A DNA stretch of 64,000 nt from Dehalococcoidia bacterium (GCA_965205915.1 OZ242191.1:1455725-1519724), one strand, 5' to 3'. Shown: positions 31,506 to 41,942, numbered from the stretch's first letter. Numbers and translations: made by a program. The notes: generated by a model from the sequence alone, not told the origin.

Positions 31506-32588
31506 CTAGTGCGCCGCCGCCTCTCCGTGCTCGCTGCTGCCATGGTCCTCGCCACCGTGGTGGCTAACGGCAAGAATGCCGAAGATCAAAGTCAGTATGG
31601 CGAAGATGAATGCCTGAATAATACCGAAGAAGACCTCCATAAAGAAGACGCCAATCACGAACGTCAACGGCACGAAGAACGACATCATCAGGATGAGAAT
31701 CTCACCGGCAAAGACGTTGCCGAAGAGTCGGAATGTAAAGCTGAGGAGCCGCACCAGTTCCGAGATGAGGTCGACAATGCCGACGAAAACGTCGATCAGG
31801 CCAAAGGCGATATTGCCCCTGAGCAGCCGTCTAAAGTTGAAGAACTTGCCCAGATAAGGGAACAGGCCGAGGCTCGTTATGCCCCAGAACTCCACAAAGA
31901 TAAAGCTCCACACAGCGATGGCGAATGGCGTGTTCACGTCCGTATTGGCGGGGCGCAGCATCGGCACAAGGTGACCGGCGTTCAGATCAGGGTTCTCCTC
32001 GTGGAAAGCCTCCCACTCGTCGCCGTGAATCTCAAAGGACGTCTCCGTCTCGCCGTGCAGCTCATACTCAAAGCCTCCGAGTGGGACGTTGTTGCCGGAG
32101 TCCAGCACAAACAACTTGATATCGGACAGCCGCTCTCCTATGTCCTCCGCGTGGTGAACCTCCTCCTCAGCCGGCACGACCCTGAAGACAGTGCCGGTGC
32201 CGGGGATGAAACCAAGAAGGTTCGCGCCCGCGATAAACAAGAAGATTGTTGCTACAACGGGGAAGAACCGCCGACCGTTCGCCGCGCCTGCCGCAGACTG
32301 GCACAGGTTGAGAAGCGCCTCAACGATGGTCTCCGCCGCCGCCTGCATCCGGCCGGGGATGACATCCATCTCGCGCGTACCGACGTAGGCGAGGCCGAGG
32401 ATGACGGCCATGGCGAGCCACTGTTGAATGACGGTGGCGCGCAAGGGGTAGCCGAGAACCTCAACGAATGGGTCAACCTGAAGGGGCGGAATCTCCAGCG
32501 GGCCCTTCAAAAAGATGATGCCGAAAACAGTTAAAAGAAGCGTGACAATAATGCTGAACAGCACACGTGGCCGCGCAAGCAGACTCAC
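31506..32588 (-). CDS. atpB: ATP synthase Fo a subunit with long acidic loop insertion
   Basis: PGRMQ, RLLSFTFRLFGNVFAGE, IQAFIFAILT. Confidence 0.96.
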   Translation of the reverse strand: MSLLARPRVLFSIIVTLLLTVFGIIFLKGPLEIPPLQVDPFVEVLGYPLRATVIQQWLAMAVILGLAYVGTREMDVIPGRMQAAAETIVEALLNLCQSAAGAANGRRFFPVVATIFLFIAGANLLGFIPGTGTVFRVVPAEEEVHHAEDIGERLSDIKLFVLDSGNNVPLGGFEYELHGETETSFEIHGDEWEAFHEENPDLNAGHLVPMLRPANTDVNTPFAIAVWSFIFVEFWGITSLGLFPYLGKFFNFRRLLRGNIAFGLIDVFVGIVDLISELVRLLSFTFRLFGNVFAGEILILMMSFFVPLTFVIGVFFMEVFFGIIQAFIFAILTLIFGILAVSHHGGEDHGSSEHGEAAAH

Positions 32589-32833
32589 TCGTCGTTATCC
32601 TTTCGCGTGGGACGCGGCAACAACAGCGGCGCAGCCAATCGATATGCGCCCCAAGCCGCCACAATCAGGCCCAACCCAACCCCCAGTAGTGTGAACAGCG
32701 GCGTCACCCCAAGGCGACCATCCACCCAGACTCCGCCAAGCACGCCGCCAACAATGCAGACGGAAACGTACCACCCGAGGCCGAGCAGCCGCACCGCAAC
32801 CTGCATCGATCTGCTGCCGGTTAACCGCGACAT
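32585..32833 (-). CDS. AtpZ/AtpI-family membrane protein
   Basis: GGVLGGVWVDGRLGVTPLFTLLG; overlaps the atpB start. Confidence 0.85.
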   Translation of the reverse strand: MSRLTGSRSMQVAVRLLGLGWYVSVCIVGGVLGGVWVDGRLGVTPLFTLLGVGLGLIVAAWGAYRLAAPLLLPRPTRKDNDE

Positions 32834-32841
32834 GACACCGC

Positions 32842-32876
32842 TTGCGAAAGTTATCACAGACGCATATGCGCGTCAA
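32842..32876 (-). promoter_or_regulatory. atp operon promoter with putative Rex operator
   Basis: TTGACG-17 bp-TAACTT; TTGCGAA-AGTT-ATCACAG (32842-32859) matches 11/14 of TTGTGAA-N4-TTCACAA. Confidence 0.55.
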
Positions 32877-32963
32877 TATAGGATGGTGCGGCACAAGCCG
32901 CGCGTTCGGCCACTCGTCATGCCTTGTACAATGGCGGTAGGAAGTCACAGAGGGAATCACGTC

Positions 32964-33530
32964 ATGGCAACAACACAACATACGAAGCCACGACCCATTA
33001 CGGCGGAAGAGCTCCTGAAGCTCCACTCCGAGGGCGTGCGCGGCGAACTTATCCGGGGGGTGCTCTGCGAAACCATGCCACCAGGACTTGACCATGCAAG
33101 AATTGTTGCCAACCTAACCGGAATGATTTGGATGTTTCTCAGGCAAAGCAGAATCGGAGAGCTGTTCTCCGGTGACCCCGGGATTTGGATTGAGCGAGGC
33201 CCCGATACCGTCCGCGCCCCGGATCTCGCCTTCTATTCCGCCGAACGCATGACGCCCGGCCTCAGCATCCCAGGCTACGCGGAGATCGTGCCCGATCTTG
33301 CCATCGAGGTTGTCTCTCCTAACGACACCGTCACTGAGGTGAACGACAAGGCGAGGATGTGGGTGGCTAGCGGCGTCAAGCTCCTATGGGTTGTTTGGCC
33401 GCGATGGCGCACCGTCGAGATATTCCGACCGGGCGAGAATGTCGTTGAACTAAGCGGCGACGCGATCCTTGAGGGCCAGGACATCCTGCCCGGATTCTCC
33501 ACCTCAATCACAGAGATATTTGACGCCTAG
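32964..33530 (+). CDS. Uma2-family PD-(D/E)xK endonuclease
   Basis: ELIRG, H, VRAPDLAF, PDLAIEVVSPND, GVKLLWVV. Confidence 0.92.
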   Translation: MATTQHTKPRPITAEELLKLHSEGVRGELIRGVLCETMPPGLDHARIVANLTGMIWMFLRQSRIGELFSGDPGIWIERGPDTVRAPDLAFYSAERMTPGLSIPGYAEIVPDLAIEVVSPNDTVTEVNDKARMWVASGVKLLWVVWPRWRTVEIFRPGENVVELSGDAILEGQDILPGFSTSITEIFDA

Positions 33531-33564
33531 CTGCTAAGGCGCCGCAGGGATTCCCGCCCTCAAA

Positions 33565-33650
33565 CCGTCATCCCGCCCACAAGCCGTCATCCCGCCCACA
33601 AGCCGTCATTCCCGCCCACAAGCCGTCATTCCCGCGAAGGCGGGAATCCA
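33565..33650 (+). repeat. CGTC-type REP (CCGTCATTCCCGCGAAGGCGGGAATCCA) preceded by three truncated 19-20-nt tandem half-copies
   Basis: Direct reading. Confidence 0.85.
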
Positions 33651-33685
33651 TCCCCCTTGCCTGCGCTGCGGGGCTGCGTGTCCCG

Positions 33686-34318
33686 CTAATCCTTGCGCTG
33701 CTCGCCCTCGAGATCCATGTTGATCTCCTCCACGACGTCGCTGAACGCGGAGAGCTTGCGCAGTTCATCGTCGGACACCCCGGAGTCGCTGCCATCATCT
33801 ATGTTCAGTTTCTCGACGAAGTCCTTGAACGCGGACAGCTTTCGCAGCTCCTCTTCCGTCACTTCGCGCCGCTCGCCGTCCTCAGTGTCCCTCGCGAACA
33901 CGTAGTCGCCGGTTTCGGAGTTGACCAGCACCCCGGCCTCGTCCAGCACCTCATCGGCGGAGTAGATGGGCACGCCTGCGCGAACGGCCAACGCGACGGC
34001 ATCGCTTGGCCTGCTGTCGATCTCGATGTCCTTGTCGCCGTGATGAACGATGATCTTGGCAAAGTACGTGTCGTCCTTGAGACCGGAAATCAGGATGTGA
34101 CGTATCTCGCCGCCTAGTTCGGGAATAACTAAGTTGAGGAGATCATGCGTCAGGGGACGGGGAACGCGGACGTTCTGCATCTTGATGGCGATGGATTCCG
34201 CCTCTGCGGGGCCGATCCAGATGATGAGGCGTCTTTCCGCCTCCTTCTCTTTAAGGATGACGACCCGCTGATAGCTGTTGAGGCTCACGCCGATTCTGTC
34301 GATCGTCATCTCGATCAT
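33686..34318 (-). CDS. Bifunctional nuclease family protein (DUF151)
   Basis: IWIGPAEA, RPLTHDL, IDSRPSDAVALAVR. Confidence 0.93.
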   Translation of the reverse strand: MIEMTIDRIGVSLNSYQRVVILKEKEAERRLIIWIGPAEAESIAIKMQNVRVPRPLTHDLLNLVIPELGGEIRHILISGLKDDTYFAKIIVHHGDKDIEIDSRPSDAVALAVRAGVPIYSADEVLDEAGVLVNSETGDYVFARDTEDGERREVTEEELRKLSAFKDFVEKLNIDDGSDSGVSDDELRKLSAFSDVVEEINMDLEGEQRKD

Positions 34319-34417
34319 GCGGCTACCTCCCACTCTTCCTTAGGTTCCCAATTGTACTCCCGCAACCGAGGTGGGACAAACGAGAGAAACTTCACCCAAA
34401 TCCCCCACACCCCCAAC

Positions 34418-34466
34418 CCGTCATTCCCGCTCTCCAACCCGTCATTCCCGCGAACGCGGGAATCAT
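34418..34466 (+). repeat. CGTC-type REP with one truncated upstream half-copy
   Basis: CCGTCATTCCCGCTCTCCAAC-CCGTCATTCCCGCGAACGCGGGAATC. Confidence 0.8.
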
Positions 34467-34531
34467 AAACCAGGAGCGCAACCAAACCCCGGAACGCAGC
34501 GGACCCCGCCCCCCCTCGAACCCGCCGTGAC

Positions 34532-37102
34532 TCACCCCGCCAGACTGTAACGCGACCCGTTTTCCGTCTTGACGACATCAATGCGCGTATCAAATTGGTT
34601 ACGGATGTCGTCGATGTGCGTGATAACAAGAATCAAGCCATCGTGAAAAGCGGGGTCATTCCAAAGCGCGGAGATAGCCTCGATAAGGCGTTCCCGCCCC
34701 TCCTCGTCCTGGCTGCCGAACCCCTCATCGATGAAAAGGACAGGAACCTCAGAACCGGCCCGCCGCGCCAACAACTTGGAGAGCGCAATGCGTAGCGCAA
34801 AGTTGATGCGAAACGCCTCGCCGCCGCTGTACATCTCATAGGCGCGAGTATTGAGGATGTCCGCGATGATGACCTCCAGCGTCTCGACCGTATTACCGGC
34901 CTGTGTTGTCCGCTGTGTCTCCAGTCGCAGTGTCATCTCGTTGTTGGTCATACGCCCAAGCAGATCGTTCGCGTCGTCCTCCAACTCCGGCAGCGCCGTC
35001 TCGATCAGGAGAGCCTGTACTCCGCGCGGCCCAAAAGCCAATGCAAGCTCATCGTGAACGGAGGCGCGAGACGCGGCCTGCCGTTCCTCATCGCGCAGCC
35101 TTGCCTTTTCGTCGCGGCGCTCGCCGAGTTGCTGCAACCGCGTGTCGATGCGAACCTTGTCCTCCCCCGCCTCCCGAATCTCCGACGATAGGGACTCAGC
35201 CTCTGACACGGCCTCCTCAGCCTCTGACACGGCCTCATCCATGCCCTCAAGGCCCGCCTCAAGCTCTCTTGCGCGTACATTCTGAGTTTCGAGCGACTCC
35301 ACCGCCCTTTCCAGCCGTACGGTCACATCCACAAGGGCGGACTTGTCCCGATCCACCCGCGCCGAAACCGTGTCCAAATCGCGCCTCTCGTCTTCCCAGT
35401 GGCGTAGCGCCGCTTCCCGCTCCTGCACCGACGTGTGCGCCATCGAGTCATATCCGATCTCAGCAATTCGCGCCCGCATCACGCGCAGTTCATCAGATTC
35501 CTGCGGCAACGCGGTGCGGGCCGTGCGGGCCTTCTCCAACGCAGTGGAGGCCTCTGTCAACCTCGCCGCCGCGTCTTGCGCCCGCTCCAGTTGCGTCCGA
35601 ATCGAACCCGTCTGCGAATCTATGCGGGACGACTCCTCACGTAGCGCAGCCTCGTTTTGCTTGATCTCCTTGACGAGAACGTCGAATTGGCTGCGCAACG
35701 CCATGCCATCGGATGTTATCTGCTGCGCCTGAACGGTGATTTCGCCCTTGCGCTGCTGAAAGTGCGCGCGAACACGCTCCATTCCGTGCTGCCCCAACTG
35801 GGTTCCGCACACGGGACAGTCCGCGTCAGAATCCGCGGCAATCACGGCCATTCGCGGCTCCAACTCGTCGCCCTCTTCTTTCAACGCTGCGAGAGTCGCG
35901 CGCATCTCGCCGAGCCGTCCGTTCATCTCATCGCGCTCCGCCCGCCGTTCAGCCAGACCCTGCTCGCGTTCCGTCAGGCCGGCGCGTTGGGCTGAGGCTG
36001 CCGCAAGACTTTCTTGCAGTGCCGCTAGTTGCCCGGCCTGTTCTGCGAGGTCGGCGTGGCTACGCTCCGCGAGCGATACGTCGTTTCCCAACTGCGATCG
36101 CCTTGCAGTCGCCTCCTGTTCAAGCCGACTCTGCTCCGCAACCAATTGCCCGTGCCTACCTGCCCGGCTACCTAAGTCAGTCAGCGCCGACCGCGCCGCC
36201 TCCAGTTCTCCCCAGCCCGCCTCGATCTCGCCGTCACGCGCCAGCATCGCCTCCGCGCTCTCAACGGCGTGCTGCAACGCATCCCTCTGCGTCGTCAGGC
36301 CATCCACCTCCTGCGATAGTTCCGCAAGTCGAGCCCGCACTGCGCTCAACTCCCGCTGGCGCTCTCTCATCCCAGCGACCTTTTCGTGAAGTGCATCGCG
36401 CCACTCAGTCGCCGTCGTCAGCCTCTCGCGCAATTCCCCGAGGGCGCGCGCAACCTCCTCAGCCTGACCCTTTAGACCCTCTTCTTGCTCAAGCTCGCGG
36501 TCGATGGCCTCAATGCGCCCACGCGCCACGTCCCGCCGATTCCGGTCATCCCGCGCCATATCGCGCGCTGTCTGCGCGTAACGCTCGTATTCGGAGAGGT
36601 TCAGAATCTCGCCAAGGATCCGCTTGCGCTCCGCCGGTCGCTGCGACACGAACAGGTCGGCCTTGCCCTGAACCAGGAACGCGGAGTTGATGAACGTCTC
36701 ATAGTCCAGGCGAATCGTCTCAACGATTTTCCTGGTTGTCTCGGTAACGCTTCTTTCTGTTAGTACGCGCCAGCGGTCGCCGTCACGCATCTGGAAATCG
36801 CACGTTGTGTTGCCGCCGCTCCGCCGCCTCCGGTGACGTCGCTCAACGCGGTAATCCACGCCGTGCGACCGGAACTCCAACTGCACCCCCATGTCCGACA
36901 TCTGCGCGGCGACGAGTTGATCCGCGGAACTGCCCGCGCGGGAACGACCCCACAGCGCCCACGTAATTGCATCCAACAGAGAAGACTTACCCGCGCCGTT
37001 GGGGCCGGAGAGACAGGCGATGCCAAGCCCCTCAAGTACCAGGGGCTCCTGCCGCCCCCGATACGGCATAAAATTCTCAAGGGTCAGCTTGAGCGGCAAC
37101 AT
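34532..37102 (-). CDS. sbcC: SbcC/Rad50-like SMC ATPase
   Basis: GPNGAGKSS, LVQG, zinc hook CPVC, YSGGE, LFIDEGFG, ITH. Confidence 0.93.
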   Translation of the reverse strand: MLPLKLTLENFMPYRGRQEPLVLEGLGIACLSGPNGAGKSSLLDAITWALWGRSRAGSSADQLVAAQMSDMGVQLEFRSHGVDYRVERRHRRRRSGGNTTCDFQMRDGDRWRVLTERSVTETTRKIVETIRLDYETFINSAFLVQGKADLFVSQRPAERKRILGEILNLSEYERYAQTARDMARDDRNRRDVARGRIEAIDRELEQEEGLKGQAEEVARALGELRERLTTATEWRDALHEKVAGMRERQRELSAVRARLAELSQEVDGLTTQRDALQHAVESAEAMLARDGEIEAGWGELEAARSALTDLGSRAGRHGQLVAEQSRLEQEATARRSQLGNDVSLAERSHADLAEQAGQLAALQESLAAASAQRAGLTEREQGLAERRAERDEMNGRLGEMRATLAALKEEGDELEPRMAVIAADSDADCPVCGTQLGQHGMERVRAHFQQRKGEITVQAQQITSDGMALRSQFDVLVKEIKQNEAALREESSRIDSQTGSIRTQLERAQDAAARLTEASTALEKARTARTALPQESDELRVMRARIAEIGYDSMAHTSVQEREAALRHWEDERRDLDTVSARVDRDKSALVDVTVRLERAVESLETQNVRARELEAGLEGMDEAVSEAEEAVSEAESLSSEIREAGEDKVRIDTRLQQLGERRDEKARLRDEERQAASRASVHDELALAFGPRGVQALLIETALPELEDDANDLLGRMTNNEMTLRLETQRTTQAGNTVETLEVIIADILNTRAYEMYSGGEAFRINFALRIALSKLLARRAGSEVPVLFIDEGFGSQDEEGRERLIEAISALWNDPAFHDGLILVITHIDDIRNQFDTRIDVVKTENGSRYSLAG

Positions 37103-37121
37103 GACGCGACCCTACGTAGCC

Positions 37122-38555
37122 TCACGCCACCTGTATAGGCTGTCCGCGCGGCGGCACGTGGACGCTCAGTGGCGCTCCCGCCAGCGCCTCAACAAATACC
37201 TCGGGATGCGCGGAATGTACCGGAATCACATTGCGCGGCGCGATCCGCCGGATCATCGCGACGGTCTCGTCAAACGTCGCGTGGCCGGAGGAATGGAAAT
37301 AATTGGCATCCCCGGAATCCTGGCCGGCAATCGTCAGCCCCGCGGCGCGTACCCGACTGAGCACGCCATCCTCGTTCCCCGTCGCCGCCCGTGACCGGAT
37401 GTACACGCCGCTCGTGGGCCCCACCGCCTCCACCGACCCCAACTCCGATGCCGATGTCCGCAAGATGTAATCGCCGCCATTCCCGCGCAGTTCCTCGGGA
37501 GAAACCAGTATGGTTGCGTAGCGGCTCCGCACATCTAGTTGCCATGGCATCCCACCGGAGTCCGTCGCCGGCACGTCCAATATGCGAATCGTGTCGACCT
37601 CATCGAGCGCTGGAAACTGTCGCCACACAATGCCCATAGCGTTAATCATGTGCGCATCGGCGAATGACAGGACGAGTTGACGGCGGGTCATTTCGGCAAT
37701 CGCGTTGAACGTCAGCAGCCGCTCCATGTCCATCGCGTCAAAGTCCGCGACGATCAGGCCGTCCTGCCCCGCGATGGGCGCCTTTATCCGCTCATAAACA
37801 TCGCTCTCCGCCACGGGCGTGACGCCCGTCTCCGTGTGCGCCCCATCGACGACGAGCGCCAAAGGCCGCAACTCCGCGAACCCCTGCGCAAACTCCTCCA
37901 TGAGACCCGGCTGCGCGCCATGAAAGCGAATATCACCCGTGTACCCAACCCACCCCTCCGGCGTCTCAACGGCAATAGCGGACGCGCCCAGGATGGAGTG
38001 ATCAACAGGGTAGTGACGCAACGCGCGGCCGCCCAAGGCGCTCGGCGCGATCTGTGTCACCACGGATGCCGGTATCGCGGTGATGCTGCCTACTCCGAGT
38101 GCGCCGGGACTCCCATCCCACCATTCGTGTACGTCCCCAAACGTGTCGATAGGCGCGCCTTGGGGGTTCGCCGAGTCGTTCTGGGTGAGGAGAAAAGTGT
38201 AGGGTCGTTGCATCGCCTGTCGGGATACTTTGGAGCCGGTGTATCCGCCTGGGATGGCAAACACAGTTTCGCTCGCCTTTTCAGGAGTCGCGATGTCCTG
38301 TTTCGCCTTGAGAATGGCGGCGGTCATGACGCTCGCATAGATGTGGGTGGTAAGTGGCAGGTTGGCGATGCCCGCCGTGTGCTGCGGGTGCGCGTGGCTG
38401 ATCAACACGCCATCGATGCGCGCCGGCAGAGAATCTGTAGCAGTTGGGTCGCCGCAATCAAACAAAAACGCGCCGCGCTCATCCTCAACCAAAACCTGAA
38501 CGACGCCCGGCGTCCCCGCTTCTCCCTGCACCGTAATTCTCACTGCCACCCGCAA
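37122..38555 (-). CDS. Metallo-beta-lactamase/beta-CASP (RNase J-like) protein with altered motif 2
   Basis: FDCG, SHAHPQH, VDHS, YTGDIRFHG, HSSGH, PVHS. Confidence 0.8.
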   Translation of the reverse strand: MRVAVRITVQGEAGTPGVVQVLVEDERGAFLFDCGDPTATDSLPARIDGVLISHAHPQHTAGIANLPLTTHIYASVMTAAILKAKQDIATPEKASETVFAIPGGYTGSKVSRQAMQRPYTFLLTQNDSANPQGAPIDTFGDVHEWWDGSPGALGVGSITAIPASVVTQIAPSALGGRALRHYPVDHSILGASAIAVETPEGWVGYTGDIRFHGAQPGLMEEFAQGFAELRPLALVVDGAHTETGVTPVAESDVYERIKAPIAGQDGLIVADFDAMDMERLLTFNAIAEMTRRQLVLSFADAHMINAMGIVWRQFPALDEVDTIRILDVPATDSGGMPWQLDVRSRYATILVSPEELRGNGGDYILRTSASELGSVEAVGPTSGVYIRSRAATGNEDGVLSRVRAAGLTIAGQDSGDANYFHSSGHATFDETVAMIRRIAPRNVIPVHSAHPEVFVEALAGAPLSVHVPPRGQPIQVA

Positions 38556-38763
38556 ATCCCCCTCAATAAATTGGTCGACACGTCGGCCCCGAATGCCCCA
38601 CGACCACCCCTAGAGTCTAGCGGCGCGGGCGGGCAGGGTGGGGCATCGATAACCTCCCTTCTAACCACACCCTTGTATATCTAGGTGGATTTGGAGCAAG
38701 CGCCGCTGACACGTATACTTGCCGCGACATGTCTTGCCACCAAATACGCGGGGAGGTCCGGCA

Positions 38764-40452
38764 GTGAGCGGTCGATGGATACTCGTTCTTGGCGCGCTTT
38801 TCGCGCTGTTGCTTGCTGTCAGCGTGGCCTGCGGCGAAGGCGCTCAGAACGACAGCATGATGCTCGGTGGTAGTGAAGGCTCCAACAGCGGCTCGTCCAC
38901 AAGATCAAGCCGAGAAAGCGCAGATGAGCCCATCTCCGCACAGATTCAGTCATCCGAGTCTGATTCATTCGATGCGGACGAGGACATGTCCGAATCGCCG
39001 GGAACCGACGGCTCGGACTCGACCCAATTGGAGTTCGGGTATCCGCCCGTCTCCGCCCAGAATCGCCTCATCGTTCGCATCGTCGATATGACAATTGAGG
39101 TTGATGACGTCCCACAGCGGATGGACGATGTCTCCGGAATCGCCGTGCAGCGCGGTGGATGGGTCGTAAGCGAATCGCGCTCCAGCCTACACGTCGGCAG
39201 CATCTCTGTCCGCGTGCCCAGCGCCCAGTTGGATGCCGCCGTGCGGGCCATTTCCGCGCTCGGCCTTGAGGTTCTTGCGATCTCCTCAACCAGCCAGGAC
39301 GTGACGGAAGAATACTTTGATGTGCAGGCCCGCATCTCCAACCTGCACGTAACCGCTGATTCTCTCCGCCAACTACTTATCCGGGAAGGCGATCTCGAAG
39401 ACATCCTCGAAGTGCAGCGCGAATTAACCCGCGTCAGCGAGGAGATCGAGATTCTTGAGGGCCGCAAGCGCTACCTTGAGCAAACCTCGGCCACTTCTCT
39501 CATCAACGTCCGTCTTGAACTTGCGCCGGGCTCCATGAATGCCGACGCGGGCCCTGACCTACAGGTCGTCGAGGGCCGACCGGTCGCGTTCCGCGCCACG
39601 TTTACTGAACCGCAGGGCATCGATTCCTACGAGTATTGGTGGGAATTCGGCGACGGGGGCGTATCCGACCGGCGATTCCGCACCGCCGTCACGGAGACCA
39701 CCGGCGAGCGAACCACGGAAGTCGTGTGGTACGCATACCGCTCAACTGATCAATCGCCGTACTTTGTCACATTCATGATTCGTGGCACGGGTGACGGCGG
39801 TGTCGTGGACGGCGAAGACTCCATCAAGGTCAACGTCGAGCGCGTGCCGACCATCATCGTCTCAACGGAGGACACTATCACAGTTCGTGCTAGCGACGAG
39901 GTCACTCTCACCGGCGCATTCACGCGCCCTCAAAACGTCTCCAACCTTTCGTATGAGTGGGACTTTGGCGACGGCCTCATTCCCGTGAGCGGCGACATCG
40001 GCGAGGGCGAGCAGGAAATCACGGCCACCCATGAGTACACCATCGACCGATCTCAACCCTATGAGGCTCGCTTCACCGTAGAGGGCGAGACGGACTTCGG
40101 CGCGCCGCTCATCTCATCGTCGATAGTCCTGGTCTACGTGGAGCCCAGCGCTGAGTGGATCATCGGATTCCTTGATATTCCTGAGACTGCGCGCACCGCC
40201 ACGCAAGCACTGGGCTATATCGTGCAGGGAATCATCGCCATCGGCATCTGGGTCGTGTTGCTGAGTCCAATTTGGGGCGCAATTGTCGCCCTCATCTGGT
40301 TCCTGCGACGCAAGACATCCAGCGGAATGCCGCCGCGTCCACGCCCGCGGCCGGAACCTGACTCCGGCACGGCAGAGGCTGAGGATGCCCCAGAACCGGA
40401 CGCTGAGTCAGGCGATGCAGAGGCTGAATCGGGAGAGCCGCGCGCAAGCTAG
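38764..40452 (+). CDS. DUF4349-domain lipoprotein with two PKD-like domains and C-terminal TM
   Basis: Lipobox SVAC; QDVTEEYFDVQARI; YWWEFGDG and YEWDFGDG. Confidence 0.85.
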   Translation: MSGRWILVLGALFALLLAVSVACGEGAQNDSMMLGGSEGSNSGSSTRSSRESADEPISAQIQSSESDSFDADEDMSESPGTDGSDSTQLEFGYPPVSAQNRLIVRIVDMTIEVDDVPQRMDDVSGIAVQRGGWVVSESRSSLHVGSISVRVPSAQLDAAVRAISALGLEVLAISSTSQDVTEEYFDVQARISNLHVTADSLRQLLIREGDLEDILEVQRELTRVSEEIEILEGRKRYLEQTSATSLINVRLELAPGSMNADAGPDLQVVEGRPVAFRATFTEPQGIDSYEYWWEFGDGGVSDRRFRTAVTETTGERTTEVVWYAYRSTDQSPYFVTFMIRGTGDGGVVDGEDSIKVNVERVPTIIVSTEDTITVRASDEVTLTGAFTRPQNVSNLSYEWDFGDGLIPVSGDIGEGEQEITATHEYTIDRSQPYEARFTVEGETDFGAPLISSSIVLVYVEPSAEWIIGFLDIPETARTATQALGYIVQGIIAIGIWVVLLSPIWGAIVALIWFLRRKTSSGMPPRPRPRPEPDSGTAEAEDAPEPDAESGDAEAESGEPRAS

Positions 40453-40949
40453 CGGAACGGCGCAATCGCCAGCGTGATTGCGATCGCCAACTGGATGACT
40501 GCGAACACCACGCCGAACAGGGTGAAGGCTATTCCGCCAATGAGCAGCGCGACTGCCCAGGAAAAGACCGCCGCCCCGCCCGCCACAAAGCGCAACGTCG
40601 GCGCTCGGCTGCGGTTGGCGGCGATGTGTACGACCTGGCCAATGAGGAAGCCGGCCACTGCCCACATCATCAGGCCAAGGAAACCTCCAAGAGCCTGTGT
40701 AAGGACAGTAACGGCTACCGCCAGCAGGATGCCCGCGCCCATGCCTGCGGCCAGCGCCAACAGGAGGCGTGAGCTCGTGACCTGCGCGATTGGATTCCGT
40801 TCCCAGGAGACGCATGACGGGCACAGGTGTCCGACCGCCGCCTGCACCATGCACTCCGGGCAAATCGGGTCGTTGCAACGTGCGCAGCGCAGGCCGGTCT
40901 CGGTCTGCCTGTGGCGGAGACAGTAAACGGGTTCAGATTGGGCGGTCAT
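40449..40949 (-). CDS. B-box-like zinc finger membrane protein
   Basis: CLRH..CARC..CPEC..CPSC followed by TM helices. Confidence 0.8.
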   Translation of the reverse strand: MTAQSEPVYCLRHRQTETGLRCARCNDPICPECMVQAAVGHLCPSCVSWERNPIAQVTSSRLLLALAAGMGAGILLAVAVTVLTQALGGFLGLMMWAVAGFLIGQVVHIAANRSRAPTLRFVAGGAAVFSWAVALLIGGIAFTLFGVVFAVIQLAIAITLAIAPFR

Positions 40950-40953
40950 TCGT

Positions 40954-41826
40954 CTATTCGTTTGTGGATAATGTGCGCACAAGCCAGTTTATCCACATCG
41001 AACGAACAGAGGCGCGGGCGAGTGGAGCGGAGTGAAAGCCCCGCGGCGCAAGAATGAGTTCTTTGGGGCCGGTGAACTTCTGGTAGAGAATCTCGCTAGC
41101 CATAGCCGGCACCGACTTATCGCCCTCGCAATGGAAGAAGAGCGCCGGGCGGGGGGGAACATCCAGGATCGCGACGCCCACCTGCCCCATCCCCCATGTC
41201 TGCAGCGTCTCGCTCCAGCGCACGCGCAGTTCATAGCCGCGAATTCGGCTCCATGCGCGCGAAAATGTCCGCATAGCCAGCCCATTGATCCATGGCAGCG
41301 CGCCATCGCGCGGGTACACGCGCAAATCAGGCGGCTCGCCCGCCCGCCCCGGCTTCCGGCTCCCAAGCGTCCGACGATAAAACCCCTCCGCCGCCCCCGG
41401 CTCTTCGCGGGGGATGATGCCGGACGTTGAGGAGCAAACAAGCGCGGCAAAGCCGTCCCAATTCGCGCAGGCAAGGATGGCATCCCGCGCGCCTGAACTA
41501 TGGCCGACGATGCCGACGCGCGCGGCATCCACGCCGTCCTGCTCGCCAAGGAATTGGACTGCGGCCCGCACGTCCGCCGATGAATCGCCTGTGTACGCGC
41601 CGGTGCTGCGCCCGTGTCCGCGCTCATCAAAGGTGAGCGCGACGACTCCCCGGCGGGCAAGGTCGCGCGCCCCACCCCGCATCGCTCCCTGCCCGGAACC
41701 GAGGCCATGCACAAGCACCGCGGCGGGACGCGGCTCAACGCCCTCCGCGTCGCCTGGCGAATAGAGACGCCCCGCGAGGGTCTCCTCCCCGCTCCGGAAG
41801 CTCACATCCTCACGACGGATTCGCAT
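40954..41826 (-). CDS. Alpha/beta hydrolase
   Basis: LVHG, FDERGHGRS, GHSSG nucleophile, D and H catalytic candidates. Confidence 0.9.
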   Translation of the reverse strand: MRIRREDVSFRSGEETLAGRLYSPGDAEGVEPRPAAVLVHGLGSGQGAMRGGARDLARRGVVALTFDERGHGRSTGAYTGDSSADVRAAVQFLGEQDGVDAARVGIVGHSSGARDAILACANWDGFAALVCSSTSGIIPREEPGAAEGFYRRTLGSRKPGRAGEPPDLRVYPRDGALPWINGLAMRTFSRAWSRIRGYELRVRWSETLQTWGMGQVGVAILDVPPRPALFFHCEGDKSVPAMASEILYQKFTGPKELILAPRGFHSAPLARASVRSMWINWLVRTLSTNE

Positions 41827-41942
41827 AAGACCATCCTACCGAACTCGCTGCCAGCGCCCTTCGATATGACCCTGGAGGACGGCTGTTGAGCGCGTTGGTG
41901 AGAGTATAATGTTCGCTCAGAGGAAGTAAGAAGGCGTCCTGC

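Noticed and set aside
33565..33650. CRISPR array
   Set aside because: Units are adjacent with no unique spacers and no cas genes; they are REP half-copies
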